Shown here: in pieces, positions 45,150 to 55,217 of the stretch
Position numbering within the stretch: the stretch's first letter is position 1
Layout of the letters: each line of letters starts with the position of its first letter
NCBI GenBank assembly: GCA_026014875.1
Contig: JAOZHO010000033.1
Location: 13,256 to 77,255 of the forward strand
Direction: 5' to 3'
Length of the DNA: 64,000 nt
Source: Candidatus Bathyarchaeota archaeon
GTDB taxonomy: Archaea > Thermoproteota > Bathyarchaeia > TCS64
Program-made: the position numbers and the translations under genes
The notes under the pieces: model-generated
The model's input: only the letters and a program-made list of their open reading frames with translations
Told to the model about the DNA's origin: nothing
Databases searched by the model: none

Positions 45150-45950
45150 TCACTTCGTCGCCTTGATACTGTACATGAGGGGGAGGTCGTACCCGGGGAG
45201 CCTGCTGTAGCCGTCCTTTCCGTTCTCCATGAAGGCCATCTGAGTGCCGTTGACGCTGAAGGGGTACTCCCCGAGCTCCCGGATTGTGAGGCCTGCGCCG
45301 ATGAGGGTGTTCACCACCTCGCTCATGGGATGAGCCCAGTTGTACATCCCCCGGTTCTCCACCTTGGCGTCCTGATCGGCGTATGTGCCCTCGGACTCGT
45401 AATAGTCGGGCTCCTCCCCCTGCCAGTAGCCGTACTTGATCACGAGCTCCGAGGGATGCTCGTCATCGAAGACCCACATGAAAGGGTGGAACTCGGCGAC
45501 GAAGAATGTGCCCCCGGGCCTGAGGAAGCGGGAGACTATTCGCGCCCACTCCCCCATGTCGGGGAGCCAGCAGAGGGCCCCGTAGCTAGTGAAGACTATG
45601 TCGAACTCGGCGTCGAGGCGCTCGGGGAGATCGTAGACGTTGCTGCAGATGAACTCGGCGTCGACGCCTATCCTCTTAGCGATCTCCTGCGCCAGCTCGA
45701 CAGCCGGCTCGTTGAAGTCGACACCGGTCACCTTCGCTCCCAGCCGGGCCCAGCTCAAAGTATCCAAGCCAAAGTGGCACTGGAGGTGGAGAAGGGACTT
45801 CCCGGAGACGTCCCCCAGGGCCTCGAGTTCGATGCTGTGAAGACTGTTCTTGCCAGCGATGAACCCATCCAGATCGTACTCGTCCGACTTTGCGTGGATA
45901 CCGACCAGCTCGTTCCAGCGCCGCTTGTTCATGATGTAATATTTCTCCAT
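45150..45950 (-). CDS. class I SAM-dependent methyltransferase (paralog 2)
   Basis: Near-identical to 37454..38260, including the upstream ttattaatcg region. Confidence 0.8.
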   Translation of the reverse strand: MEKYYIMNKRRWNELVGIHAKSDEYDLDGFIAGKNSLHSIELEALGDVSGKSLLHLQCHFGLDTLSWARLGAKVTGVDFNEPAVELAQEIAKRIGVDAEFICSNVYDLPERLDAEFDIVFTSYGALCWLPDMGEWARIVSRFLRPGGTFFVAEFHPFMWVFDDEHPSELVIKYGYWQGEEPDYYESEGTYADQDAKVENRGMYNWAHPMSEVVNTLIGAGLTIRELGEYPFSVNGTQMAFMENGKDGYSRLPGYDLPLMYSIKATK

Positions 45951-46106
45951 GGAGCCACTTCTTCGATACCGTATCCTAAGCGCATAGCCCTTATTAATCG
46001 AGACAGCGTGGGACCCGAGTCACCGCGTAGAGCCCCCCGGGGTTGTCATTCACAACCACCAGCGGGCGCATGAAAGAACTCGAAAGAACCATAAGCCCAG
46101 AGAAAC

Positions 46107-46625
46107 GTGGATCCCCCCATGGCAGAATTATCCTACGAGATCCGCCCCGCCGAGGAGGAAGACCTCCCCGTCCTCATGGACCTCATCAAGCAGCTCGCCG
46201 TATACGAGAAGCTCATCGACAGCTACACCGCCACCGTGGAGCTCTACCGCAAGTACGGCTTCGGCGAGGACGCCATCTTCGGCGCCCTCCTCGTGGAGAA
46301 GACCGGGGGCGAGGGGCCCGACTACCTCGGAGTCGCCCTCTACTACTACACCTACTCCACGTTCACGGGAAAGCCCACCCTCTACCTCGAGGACATCTTC
46401 GTCCCCGAGAAGTATCGGGGCCGGGGCATCGGCACCCGCCTCCTGGTGGAGCTCGCGAAGATAGCGGTCGAAAAAGACTGCTCCAGAATGGACTGGATCG
46501 TCCTAGACTGGAACAAGCCCAGCTGGGATTTCTACAAGAACCTCGGCGCCTTCCCCCTAGACGACTGGACCGTCTTCCGGATGCTATCACCGGAGATCAA
46601 GAAACTCGCCGAGAAAAAGCTCTGA
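46107..46625 (+). CDS. GNAT-family N-acetyltransferase
   Basis: YRGRGIGTRLL acetyl-CoA binding motif. Confidence 0.8.
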   Translation: MDPPMAELSYEIRPAEEEDLPVLMDLIKQLAVYEKLIDSYTATVELYRKYGFGEDAIFGALLVEKTGGEGPDYLGVALYYYTYSTFTGKPTLYLEDIFVPEKYRGRGIGTRLLVELAKIAVEKDCSRMDWIVLDWNKPSWDFYKNLGAFPLDDWTVFRMLSPEIKKLAEKKL

Positions 46626-46634
46626 GAGGCCCCC

Positions 46635-47660
46635 TCAGGGCACGAAGAGAACCTTGCACCCCGCCTTCGACCTGGCCACCTCGAAGGCCCGCTCCGCCTC
46701 CTCCAAGGGGAACCTGTGGGTCGCCAACTCGGCGGCTTCAACCCTTCCCGACTCTATTAGCTCGATGGACGCCTCGAAGTTCTCTGCCCTCGCGTCGTAG
46801 GCTCCGGCCAGGGTTATCTCCCTCCGGACCACTGTGGTCATCGGCACAGCCACGTCCCCCGGGAATATCCCCACGATGGTGACGTGCCCCCTCTTCCTCA
46901 CAAGCCTGACGGCCTGGTGCACCGCCGACGGAGCCCCCACGGCGACGAAGGCGACATCCGCGCCCCTCCCCGAGGTACGCTCCATCACCAGCTCCACGGG
47001 GTCCACATCATCGACGTTCACGGCCTCGAGACCCAGCTTATCCGCAATTTTGAATCGTTCGGTGTCCATGCTTATCCCGGTCACGAGCACTTCGGCCCCC
47101 GCGAGGCGGAGGAGCTGGGCGGAGAAGAGCCCTATGGGGCCGATACCCAGGACCACTGCGAGGTCCCCGGGCTCCACGGGGGTCAGGTCGTTGACGAAGT
47201 GGACGGCGTTGCTGAGGGGCTCCACGAGGGCGGCCTCCTCGAAGGACATCCCCCCGGGGATCGGGTAGAGGAGCCCTTGGGGCACCGAGACGTACTCTGC
47301 GAAGCCCCCGTCCTGGTGGATGCCGAAGAGGCTCGAGGACTCGCAGAGGTTATCCATGCCTTCTAAGCAGAAACGGCACTCCCCGCAGGAGACCACGGAC
47401 CGGCTCAGAACCCTGTCCCCGACCGCGAAGTCCCCGACGCCCTCCCCGATGGCCTCGACGACCCCTGAGAACTCGTGCCCCATAACCACCGGGAGCGCCA
47501 TACCGGAATAGGCTGGTGTGAAGTCGTAGATCCCCAGGTCGCTGCCGCAGATGGAGGCCGCTTTCACCCGGATCAGGACATCCCCGGGACCCGTTGCTGG
47601 GGTTTCCACCTCTCGGACCTCGACGCCTGGCTCCGGCCTCGCCTTCACGACCGCCTTCAA
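46635..47660 (-). CDS. zinc-dependent alcohol dehydrogenase (threonine/sorbitol dehydrogenase-like)
   Basis: ASICGSDLG zinc motif. Confidence 0.75.
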   Translation of the reverse strand: MKAVVKARPEPGVEVREVETPATGPGDVLIRVKAASICGSDLGIYDFTPAYSGMALPVVMGHEFSGVVEAIGEGVGDFAVGDRVLSRSVVSCGECRFCLEGMDNLCESSSLFGIHQDGGFAEYVSVPQGLLYPIPGGMSFEEAALVEPLSNAVHFVNDLTPVEPGDLAVVLGIGPIGLFSAQLLRLAGAEVLVTGISMDTERFKIADKLGLEAVNVDDVDPVELVMERTSGRGADVAFVAVGAPSAVHQAVRLVRKRGHVTIVGIFPGDVAVPMTTVVRREITLAGAYDARAENFEASIELIESGRVEAAELATHRFPLEEAERAFEVARSKAGCKVLFVP

Positions 47661-47732
47661 GTTGATGACAACTCGACCTAAAGTCTCTTAACGGTTTCCC
47701 AGGGAAAAACTAAGTGCTGACACTGGAGACGG

Positions 47733-49001
47733 ATGCACGTGAACGACGCGGAGAGAAGGGTGCTGGACCTCATAGACACCGACGCCATGCTATGGTACCT
47801 GCGGAAGCTCGTCTCGATCCCCAGCCACGGGGGCGAAGAGTCCGCCGCCCAGAGATGCGTCGCCGCGAAGCTCGGGGAGCTGGGGCTCAAAGTGGATGCC
47901 TGGGAGCTGGACTTCGACTCCCTCCGGGGCCACCCCGGGTTCAGCATGCCCATCGAACGGGAGGAGGGGCTCGGGGTCGTGGGCACCCTCAAGGGAGGAG
48001 ACGGGGGCCGCAGCCTCATACTCAACGGCCACATCGACACCGTCGCCCCCGGGAAAGAGGCGAACTGGAGCCATCCCCCGCTGGAGGGCACGATTGTGGA
48101 CGGCAGGGTCTACGGACGAGGAGTCGCCGACATGAAGGGGGGGCTCTGCTGCGCCATCTACGCCGCGAAGGCCATCATCGACTCCGGAGTCAATCTGAAG
48201 GGGACCCTCTCCATCCAGAGCGTCATCGGGGAGGAGGACGGCGGGGTCGGGGCCCTCGCGACGGTGCTCAGGGGGCACACCGCCGACGCCGCCGTGGTCA
48301 TGGAGCCCACGGAGCTCAAGGTGGCCCCCGCCCACTCGGGCGCCCTCGCGTTCACCGTCGATGTCCCGGGGCGCTCCGCCCACGCCTGCGTAAGGGAGGA
48401 GGGGGTGAGCGCCATCGAGAAGTTCATACCCCTGTTCAACGCCCTCAGGGACCTCGAGACGGAGAGGAATCTGGGGATCGACGACCCCCTCTACGCCCGC
48501 TACGGCATCCCCTACCCCATCAACATCGGCACAGTCCACGGCGGCAACTGGCCCGGCAGCGTCCCGGAGAGCCTCGTCTTCCAGGGGCGGGTCGGAGTCG
48601 TCGTGGGGGAGAGGGTCGAGGACGCTAGGAGGAGCGTCGAGAATGCCATCGCCGAAGCCGCCAGGGCCGACCCCTGGCTCAGGGAGAACCCTCCGAGGCT
48701 GGAGTGGAGCGGGTACCAGTTCGACCCCGCCAGCATCGAGAGCGACCACCCCATCGTCGAGGCGGTTCGAGAAGCCTACGCCGAGGCCGCGGGGGAGGAG
48801 GCCCGGCTCGAGGGGATGACCTACGCCTCCGATATGCGCCACCTCATAAACACCGGGGGCGTCCCCACCGTCCTGTTCGGACCAGGAGACGTGAGACAGG
48901 CCCACGCGCCGGACGAGTACGTCGAGATCGGGGAACTGGTGACCGCCGCCCGGGTCCTCGCCCTCACCGCCCTCAGGTTCTGCGGATACGAGGAGCCCTG
49001 A
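47733..49001 (+). CDS. M20-family peptidase / deacylase (ArgE/DapE-like)
   Basis: LILNGHIDTV, GRGVADMKGG, SVIGEEDGG. Confidence 0.75.
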   Translation: MHVNDAERRVLDLIDTDAMLWYLRKLVSIPSHGGEESAAQRCVAAKLGELGLKVDAWELDFDSLRGHPGFSMPIEREEGLGVVGTLKGGDGGRSLILNGHIDTVAPGKEANWSHPPLEGTIVDGRVYGRGVADMKGGLCCAIYAAKAIIDSGVNLKGTLSIQSVIGEEDGGVGALATVLRGHTADAAVVMEPTELKVAPAHSGALAFTVDVPGRSAHACVREEGVSAIEKFIPLFNALRDLETERNLGIDDPLYARYGIPYPINIGTVHGGNWPGSVPESLVFQGRVGVVVGERVEDARRSVENAIAEAARADPWLRENPPRLEWSGYQFDPASIESDHPIVEAVREAYAEAAGEEARLEGMTYASDMRHLINTGGVPTVLFGPGDVRQAHAPDEYVEIGELVTAARVLALTALRFCGYEEP

Positions 49002-49067
49002 GGCACCGCAATCCCTTTTTCAATGAGGAAGCGGGAAGTACATAGAATCCCGGGGAGCTGACTTGAC

Positions 49068-50186
49068 GTGAAGAGGCTTGGGCTTATCGTGAACCCCATC
49101 GCGGGGATGGGAGGCCGAGTCGGGCTCAAGGGCACCGACGGGCAGGAAATCTTGGACAGGGCGAGGACGCTCGGCGCAGTCTCCACGGCCCCTAGCCGCG
49201 CCGTCGAGGCGCTAGCGAGGCTCACACACCTCAAAGACTCGATAGAGATCATCACATATCCCCACGAGATGGGGGAGGACGAGGCGAGGGAGGCGGGCTT
49301 CGAGCCCACCGTCATCGGCGATATAACCCCGGGGAACACGACCCCCGTGGACACCAGGGCCGCCGCCTCGGAGATGATGGGGCTCGGCGTCGATCTCATC
49401 CTCTTCGCCGGGGGGGACGGCACCGCCCGGGACATCCACGCGGCCGTGGACGGGGAGGTCCCGGTCCTCGGCATCCCGGCAGGGGTCAAGATCCAGTCGG
49501 GAGTTTTCGCCATCAACCCCGCCCGGGCGGGGGACATCGCCGCGAGGTTCATGCGGGGGGAGCTGACGACCGTCCAAGAGCTCGAGGTTATGGACATCGA
49601 CGAGGAGGCCTACAGGGATAACCGGCTCTCCGCCCGCCTCTACGGTTACCTCAGGGTCCCCTACGAGGAGGCGCTTGTCCAGGGCTCCAAGGAGGCCACC
49701 GGGGGCTCCGAGGAGATCAGCCTCGAGGCCATCGCGAGCGAGGTGGTGGAGGGGATGGAGGAGGACACCCTCTACATCATCGGCCCCGGCACCACGACGA
49801 GGCCCATCGCCGAGGAGCTGGGGCTCGAGAAGACCCTGCTGGGGGTGGACGTGGTGGAGAACGGGGGGCTCGTGGCCTCCGACGTCAACGAGGAGAAGAT
49901 CCTCACGCTCATCGCGGGGAGGCGGGCCAAGATCATAGTCACAGTCATCGGGGGGCAGGGATTCATTTTCGGCCGGGGGAACCAGCAGATCAGCCCCGAG
50001 GTTATCAGGAGGGTGGGGGTGGAGAACTTGATCATCGTCGCGTCCCCCGGGAAGCTCGCGGCCCTGAAGGGGAGGACCCTTCTTGTGGACACCGGAGACT
50101 CCGAGGTGGATGAGATGCTCTCGGGCTACCGGAAGGTGGTCATCGGGTACGCCCGGAGATCCGTCTACAAGGTCAGGGCCCAGTGA
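49068..50186 (+). CDS. ATP-NAD kinase-like domain protein
   Basis: GLIVNPIAGMGG N-terminus. The start is GTG. Confidence 0.45.
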   Translation: MKRLGLIVNPIAGMGGRVGLKGTDGQEILDRARTLGAVSTAPSRAVEALARLTHLKDSIEIITYPHEMGEDEAREAGFEPTVIGDITPGNTTPVDTRAAASEMMGLGVDLILFAGGDGTARDIHAAVDGEVPVLGIPAGVKIQSGVFAINPARAGDIAARFMRGELTTVQELEVMDIDEEAYRDNRLSARLYGYLRVPYEEALVQGSKEATGGSEEISLEAIASEVVEGMEEDTLYIIGPGTTTRPIAEELGLEKTLLGVDVVENGGLVASDVNEEKILTLIAGRRAKIIVTVIGGQGFIFGRGNQQISPEVIRRVGVENLIIVASPGKLAALKGRTLLVDTGDSEVDEMLSGYRKVVIGYARRSVYKVRAQ

Positions 50187-50198
50187 GTTTCTGTAAAA

Positions 50199-51005
50199 TC
50201 ACTTCGGATGGTAGGGGCCTAGGAACTCTTCCTGGAGGATGTTCCCGCCGTCGATGACCATGCTGGCCCCCGTGATGTACCGGGACTCGTCCGAGGCGAG
50301 GAAGAGCACAAGTTCTCCCACCTCCTCCGGGGTCCCCTGGCGCCCCCACGGTATATTCATCCCGAACTCCTTCATCGCCTCCTCGGCGTCCTCCTCCACC
50401 CGGCTCCCCCTGAGCCCCCAGGCGCTGCGGGACTCGATGTACCCGGGCATGACGCAGTTGACGTTGATGCCGTGCTGGGCGGTCTCCAGGGCGAGGGCCA
50501 CGGTGAAGCCCTGCACCGCCGACTTTGTCGCGGCGTAGGCGGTCTGGCCCCCCGCCGGGGTCCCCACCATGGGGCCCGTCACCGAGGACATGTTCACTAT
50601 CTTCCCGTATCGCCTCTCCATCATCCCGGGGAGGACAGCCCGGGCACACCGGAACATCCCGAAGACGTTCACCTCGAAGATCCGGGTCATGAAGTCATCG
50701 TCCATCTCCACGAGCCTCCGGCGGGGATAGATCCCGGCGTTGTTCACGAGGATGTCGATCTTCCCGTGTTCCTCGATGACTTTCTCGACGACTCCGTCGA
50801 CCTGAGCCCTGTCGGTGACGTCCATCACCCAGCCGTGGGCTGTGAGGCCGTCCCCCCGGAGCGCCTCGGCGGTCTCATTCACCGCATCCGAGACGTCGGT
50901 CAACGCCACGACGGCGCCATGGGTCGCGAGGACCCGTGAAATCCCTGCGCCGATCCCCTGGGCTGCCCCGGTGACCAGCGCGACCTTCCCCTCTAGTCTC
51001 TTCAT
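50199..51005 (-). CDS. SDR-family oxidoreductase
   Basis: Rossmann motif TGAAQGIG and the YxxxK catalytic pair. Confidence 0.8.
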   Translation of the reverse strand: MKRLEGKVALVTGAAQGIGAGISRVLATHGAVVALTDVSDAVNETAEALRGDGLTAHGWVMDVTDRAQVDGVVEKVIEEHGKIDILVNNAGIYPRRRLVEMDDDFMTRIFEVNVFGMFRCARAVLPGMMERRYGKIVNMSSVTGPMVGTPAGGQTAYAATKSAVQGFTVALALETAQHGINVNCVMPGYIESRSAWGLRGSRVEEDAEEAMKEFGMNIPWGRQGTPEEVGELVLFLASDESRYITGASMVIDGGNILQEEFLGPYHPK

Positions 51006-52552
51006 TATTTTTCGCCTCGTTTCCTTTTATAGGCTCTCCAGGTCATCGCCCATCGTTCGGGGTCGTCGAAGGAGGAGGGATCGAAAATGTGCATCGATGA
51101 ATTGTGGGGCGCAGACCTCACGAGCTCCGGGTCGCTGTAGGCCTCCTCGCAAACCCTCCTGAGGGCCTCGGCCCAGTAGTCGATGTCCGCCTTGGAATAT
51201 GTCTCGCAGGGCTCCGGGGTGAAGGGCTCGGGGACCAGCCACGGGTGGTGGCTCGTGAAGAACGTTTGGATACCGTAGTCGACGATGCGCCTGTTAACGT
51301 CGTCGACGCCGACCCCGGTCTCCTCCTTGAGGGTCTGGAGGCTGTAGCGTATCTGGTCGATCCGCCTGCCGCCGAAGGGCTTGGTGACCCCCTTGATACC
51401 CTGCAGCTTCTTCTCGAGGTACTGGTTGTTGATCATGGAGACCTCGGCGACCTCCCTGAGCCCCCGGGCCCCCAGCGCCATGGCCCAGGCGTAGCTGCGG
51501 ACCACGACCTGGACGTTCCCCAAAAAGTCCCGGACCCTCCCGATGCTCCGGGGCCGGTCGTAGTCGAGGCCGTAACGGTCGCCTTCCTTGACCACCACGG
51601 GCACCGGGAGATAGGGCGCCAGCTCCTCGGTGACCCCGACGGCCCCGCATCCTGGTCCCGAGGAGCCGTGGGGGCTGCCGAAGGTCTTGTGGAGGTTGAA
51701 GAAGCACATGTCGAAGCCGGCCTCCTGGGCCCGGGTCACCCCCAGCAGGGCGTTGGCGTTGGCTTGGTCGTAGGCGCATAGCCCCCCGGCCTCGTGGACG
51801 ATCCGGGTCCACTCGTCGATCTCCCTGTTGAATATCCCGGTGTCCTCCGGGTTGGTGATGAATAGACCGGCGGTGTTCTCGTTGACCGCGGCCTTCAGCG
51901 CGTCGGTGCTGGGGAGGCCGTCCTCCTCGGGGTAGAGGGTAACCACCCGGAAACCGGCGGTGGCGGGGCAGGCGGCGTCGCAGGGGTGGCTGAAGACCGT
52001 GGTGATGATCTCGTTCCTCTGCTCCAGCTCCCCGTTCTCCCCGTGGTAAGCCCGCATGATGCAGGCGTTGTTGTAGGCCGCCGCGGAGCCCCCGCTCGGC
52101 TGGAAGCTGAACTCGTCCATCCCCGAGACCTCCCCGAGGAAGGTGTGCCCAAACTCGTAGAGGATCTCCAGGAGCCCCTGGAGGGTCCCCTCGGGCTGGA
52201 GGGGGTGGATGTCGGCGGTCAGCGCGGCGAGCCCCTCGTTCACCTTGGGGCTGTACTTCATGGTGCATGTGCCCACCCCGAGGTCGATGTCCAGCTCCAT
52301 CCCCAGGGTCACCTGGCTGAGGCGGAGGTAGTGGCGGAGGACCTGGGCCTGGGAGAGCTCCGGGAGATTCGGGGGCGTCTCCCTCAGGACTTTCCCGGGG
52401 AGGATCGAGTCGATGGCCCCGGTTTGAGCCGTTATCTCATCTTCGACGCGGGGCACGCTGATGCCCCTTTCGCCCTTCCTCCCCAGCTCGTGGATGATGG
52501 ACTCGTCCCAGACGGGGGCGTGGTATCGCCTCAGCTTGGCTACCCCCGTCAT
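51005..52552 (-). CDS. gcvPB: glycine dehydrogenase (decarboxylating) subunit 2
   Basis: It overlaps the upstream gcvPA by 4 nt. Confidence 0.85.
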   Translation of the reverse strand: MTGVAKLRRYHAPVWDESIIHELGRKGERGISVPRVEDEITAQTGAIDSILPGKVLRETPPNLPELSQAQVLRHYLRLSQVTLGMELDIDLGVGTCTMKYSPKVNEGLAALTADIHPLQPEGTLQGLLEILYEFGHTFLGEVSGMDEFSFQPSGGSAAAYNNACIMRAYHGENGELEQRNEIITTVFSHPCDAACPATAGFRVVTLYPEEDGLPSTDALKAAVNENTAGLFITNPEDTGIFNREIDEWTRIVHEAGGLCAYDQANANALLGVTRAQEAGFDMCFFNLHKTFGSPHGSSGPGCGAVGVTEELAPYLPVPVVVKEGDRYGLDYDRPRSIGRVRDFLGNVQVVVRSYAWAMALGARGLREVAEVSMINNQYLEKKLQGIKGVTKPFGGRRIDQIRYSLQTLKEETGVGVDDVNRRIVDYGIQTFFTSHHPWLVPEPFTPEPCETYSKADIDYWAEALRRVCEEAYSDPELVRSAPHNSSMHIFDPSSFDDPERWAMTWRAYKRKRGEK

Positions 52553-53964
52553 TTAAGCACCTCCTCGAGAGTGACTGCGAGCCTGTCCAGCTCATTCTTC
52601 GTGTGCATCTCCGTGACGCAGTAGAGGGAACTCTGTCCCAGCTCCGGGAACTCAAGTGAGACATCTTTCCCGCCGAAGATGCCCCGCTCCAGGAGTCCCT
52701 CGTTGACTGTGGCGACATCCCTGCCCGTGGCGTCGATGTTGACGAGGAACTCCTTGAAGAAGCCCCTGAAGGGAACGTTGACCCCGTCCAGCTCCGACAC
52801 GAGGCGGGCTGCATAATGTGACTTCCTCAGGATCGCCTCCCCCACCTCCCTCATGCCCCGGGGTCCCATGAGAGCCATGTAGACTCCCGCCCCGATGGCC
52901 CAGAGGGCCGTAGAGGTCCCAATCCAGTCCTTGGCCTTGTCCCGGCCGATGTAACTGGTCCTGTCGAAGGTGCACTGCCCGAAGCCGTACTCGCCCCGCT
53001 CGTTCTCCGTGACGCTGATGAGGCGGAGGGGGTACTCCCCGACGTACCGCTCCTCGTCCCGGGACGCAATGAAGCCCCCTAGGCCGCCCCCCGCGAACAT
53101 GGGGACCCCGAGGGGCTGGATGTCCCCGCACGCGATGTCTGCGCCATAGTCTGCGGGGGGTGCGAGGACCCCGAGGGTAATGGGGTCGACGCCCACGATG
53201 AACTCTGCGCCGTGGTCGTGGGCGATCTCCCCGATCTCCTTGAGCTCGGTCTCCACCACCCCCAGGTACGACGGGCTCTCCACGTAGACCCCCGCGGTCT
53301 CCTCATCGATCTTAGCCTCCAGGTCCCCCAGGTCGAGGGCCCCGGTTCCGGGGTCGTATCCCACCTCCTCGATCTCGATGTGGCCCGGCATCTGACTCGG
53401 CTGGGCGTAGTTCTCGATGACTGAACGCCTCCCGGGGCTGATGATCCGGGGTATGAGCACCCTGTTCCTGCCGGTGAGGCGCTGGGCCATCCTGACCGCG
53501 TTCCCCGCGGCTCCGGCCCAGTCGTAGGTGGGGAGACCGGAGACCTCCATCCCGACGAGCTCCCCGATCATGCTCTGGAACTCGAATATCGCCTGGAACC
53601 TGCCGAGGTCCGAGTAGGGGCCCCCGGCGTAGGCGGTGAGGAACTCGCTGCGCCCCATGATCTCCAGGCAGACAGCGGGGACGTAATGCTGCCAGCACCC
53701 CGACCCTAGGAAGCTGAGGTGGTCGGCGCATGTCCCGTTCTTGGAGAGGATGCCCTCCACGTGCCTCCTGAGGTCCAACTCGCTCGGGAGGGGTTCGGGG
53801 AGGTCGAGGGGGCGCTTGAGGAGAAGCCGGTCGGGGATCATCTCCGCGTAGAGTTCCCGGGCGTCCTGGGCTCCGATCTCTCGGAGCATCTCTCGTTTCA
53901 CATCGGGGACGGAGTTGGGGATGTAAGGGTGAACGAAGTCGTCTTCGACCATCGTAGAATCCAT
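52549..53964 (-). CDS. gcvPA: glycine dehydrogenase (decarboxylating) subunit 1
   Basis: The N-terminus is typical of GcvPA. Confidence 0.85.
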   Translation of the reverse strand: MDSTMVEDDFVHPYIPNSVPDVKREMLREIGAQDARELYAEMIPDRLLLKRPLDLPEPLPSELDLRRHVEGILSKNGTCADHLSFLGSGCWQHYVPAVCLEIMGRSEFLTAYAGGPYSDLGRFQAIFEFQSMIGELVGMEVSGLPTYDWAGAAGNAVRMAQRLTGRNRVLIPRIISPGRRSVIENYAQPSQMPGHIEIEEVGYDPGTGALDLGDLEAKIDEETAGVYVESPSYLGVVETELKEIGEIAHDHGAEFIVGVDPITLGVLAPPADYGADIACGDIQPLGVPMFAGGGLGGFIASRDEERYVGEYPLRLISVTENERGEYGFGQCTFDRTSYIGRDKAKDWIGTSTALWAIGAGVYMALMGPRGMREVGEAILRKSHYAARLVSELDGVNVPFRGFFKEFLVNIDATGRDVATVNEGLLERGIFGGKDVSLEFPELGQSSLYCVTEMHTKNELDRLAVTLEEVLK

Positions 53965-54055
53965 TCGTAAGGGAGCCGGATTGTAATATTATCCTTTGGA
54001 TGAAGGCAAAACTTGGGTGAGATGTGCGGGGTCCCGGTGCCGCTTGGAGAGGTCG

Positions 54056-55015
54056 CTATTTCCTCTGCTCGGGCACCAGGTTAGGAGGCGTCTTCCCCTC
54101 CAGGAAGGCCCTCACGTTCACGGCGCAGACCTCCGCCATCTTCCTCCGGGTCTCCACCGTCGCCGACCCGATGTGAGAGGCGAGCACCGTGCTCCCCAGC
54201 CCCGCCAGCTCGTCCCCGGCGGGCAGGGGCTCCTCCTCGAAGACGTCGAGGGCCGCGCCCCCGATCTTCCCCTCCTTCAGGGACTCCACAAGGGCCGCCT
54301 GGTCGATGACGGGCCCCCGGGAGGTGTTGACGATGATCGCGTCCTCCTTCATCAGCTCGAACTCCCTGGCTCCGATGAGGTGCCTAGTCGACGGGATCAG
54401 GGGCACGTGGATGGAAACGATGTCGGCGCTCTTGAGCAGCTCGTCGAACTCCACAAATTTGATTCCCATGGATTCCTCGAGGTCCTCCCGCCTGTAGACA
54501 TCAGAATAGACGACATCGACGTCGAATCCCTGAGCCCTCTTAGCGACCTCGACGCCGATCCTACCCATGCCGACGATTCCCAGGGTCTTCCCCTCCGTGT
54601 CGGCGCCCAGGGGGAGCCTCCGGGTCCTCCCGGCCCAGCCCTCCCTCACGTGTCCGTCGGACTCGACGATGCCCCGCATCTGGGAGAGGATGAGCCCCCA
54701 TGTGAGGTCGGCGACGGCCCCCGAGAGAACGCCGGGGGTGTGGGTGACGTGGATGCCCCGCTTGGTGCAGGCCCCGACATCGACGCTGTCGTAGCCGACC
54801 CCGAACCTCGCGACGATCCCGAGCCCTGGGGCCTTGTCTAGGAAGGCGTCGTCGACCGTCTCCATTCCCGCGATCAAGGCGTCGGCATCCCTCAGCTCCT
54901 CGATGTACGCTTCTTCCCTCGGGGATTCATAGACCACTTCGGCCAGGTCCCTGAGTCCGTCGGCGAGCTCCTCGGGGAAGTTGATCTTCCCGGCTCCTAC
55001 AAGCACCTTCTTCAA
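54056..55015 (-). CDS. D-isomer-specific 2-hydroxyacid dehydrogenase (glyoxylate/hydroxypyruvate reductase-like)
   Basis: GIVGMGRIG NAD motif. Confidence 0.8.
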   Translation of the reverse strand: MKKVLVGAGKINFPEELADGLRDLAEVVYESPREEAYIEELRDADALIAGMETVDDAFLDKAPGLGIVARFGVGYDSVDVGACTKRGIHVTHTPGVLSGAVADLTWGLILSQMRGIVESDGHVREGWAGRTRRLPLGADTEGKTLGIVGMGRIGVEVAKRAQGFDVDVVYSDVYRREDLEESMGIKFVEFDELLKSADIVSIHVPLIPSTRHLIGAREFELMKEDAIIVNTSRGPVIDQAALVESLKEGKIGGAALDVFEEEPLPAGDELAGLGSTVLASHIGSATVETRRKMAEVCAVNVRAFLEGKTPPNLVPEQRK

Positions 55016-55217
55016 AACAGGTTCACGGTCGGGTCTAGACGCCCGGGGAATAAAACCTTAGCGTCTGACGGGGAGTCTCTGCGTGAGCCCTGTTGGGGGT
55101 CCGGAATCTTCAGAGCCCATTAAATGAGCATCAAGGGCCCATGGGTTGCGTCGTTTTTGAAACGAAAATGTTAATAGCCTCGGCCCTGCTGAAACTTCAA
55201 AATTCGAGTGATACGAG

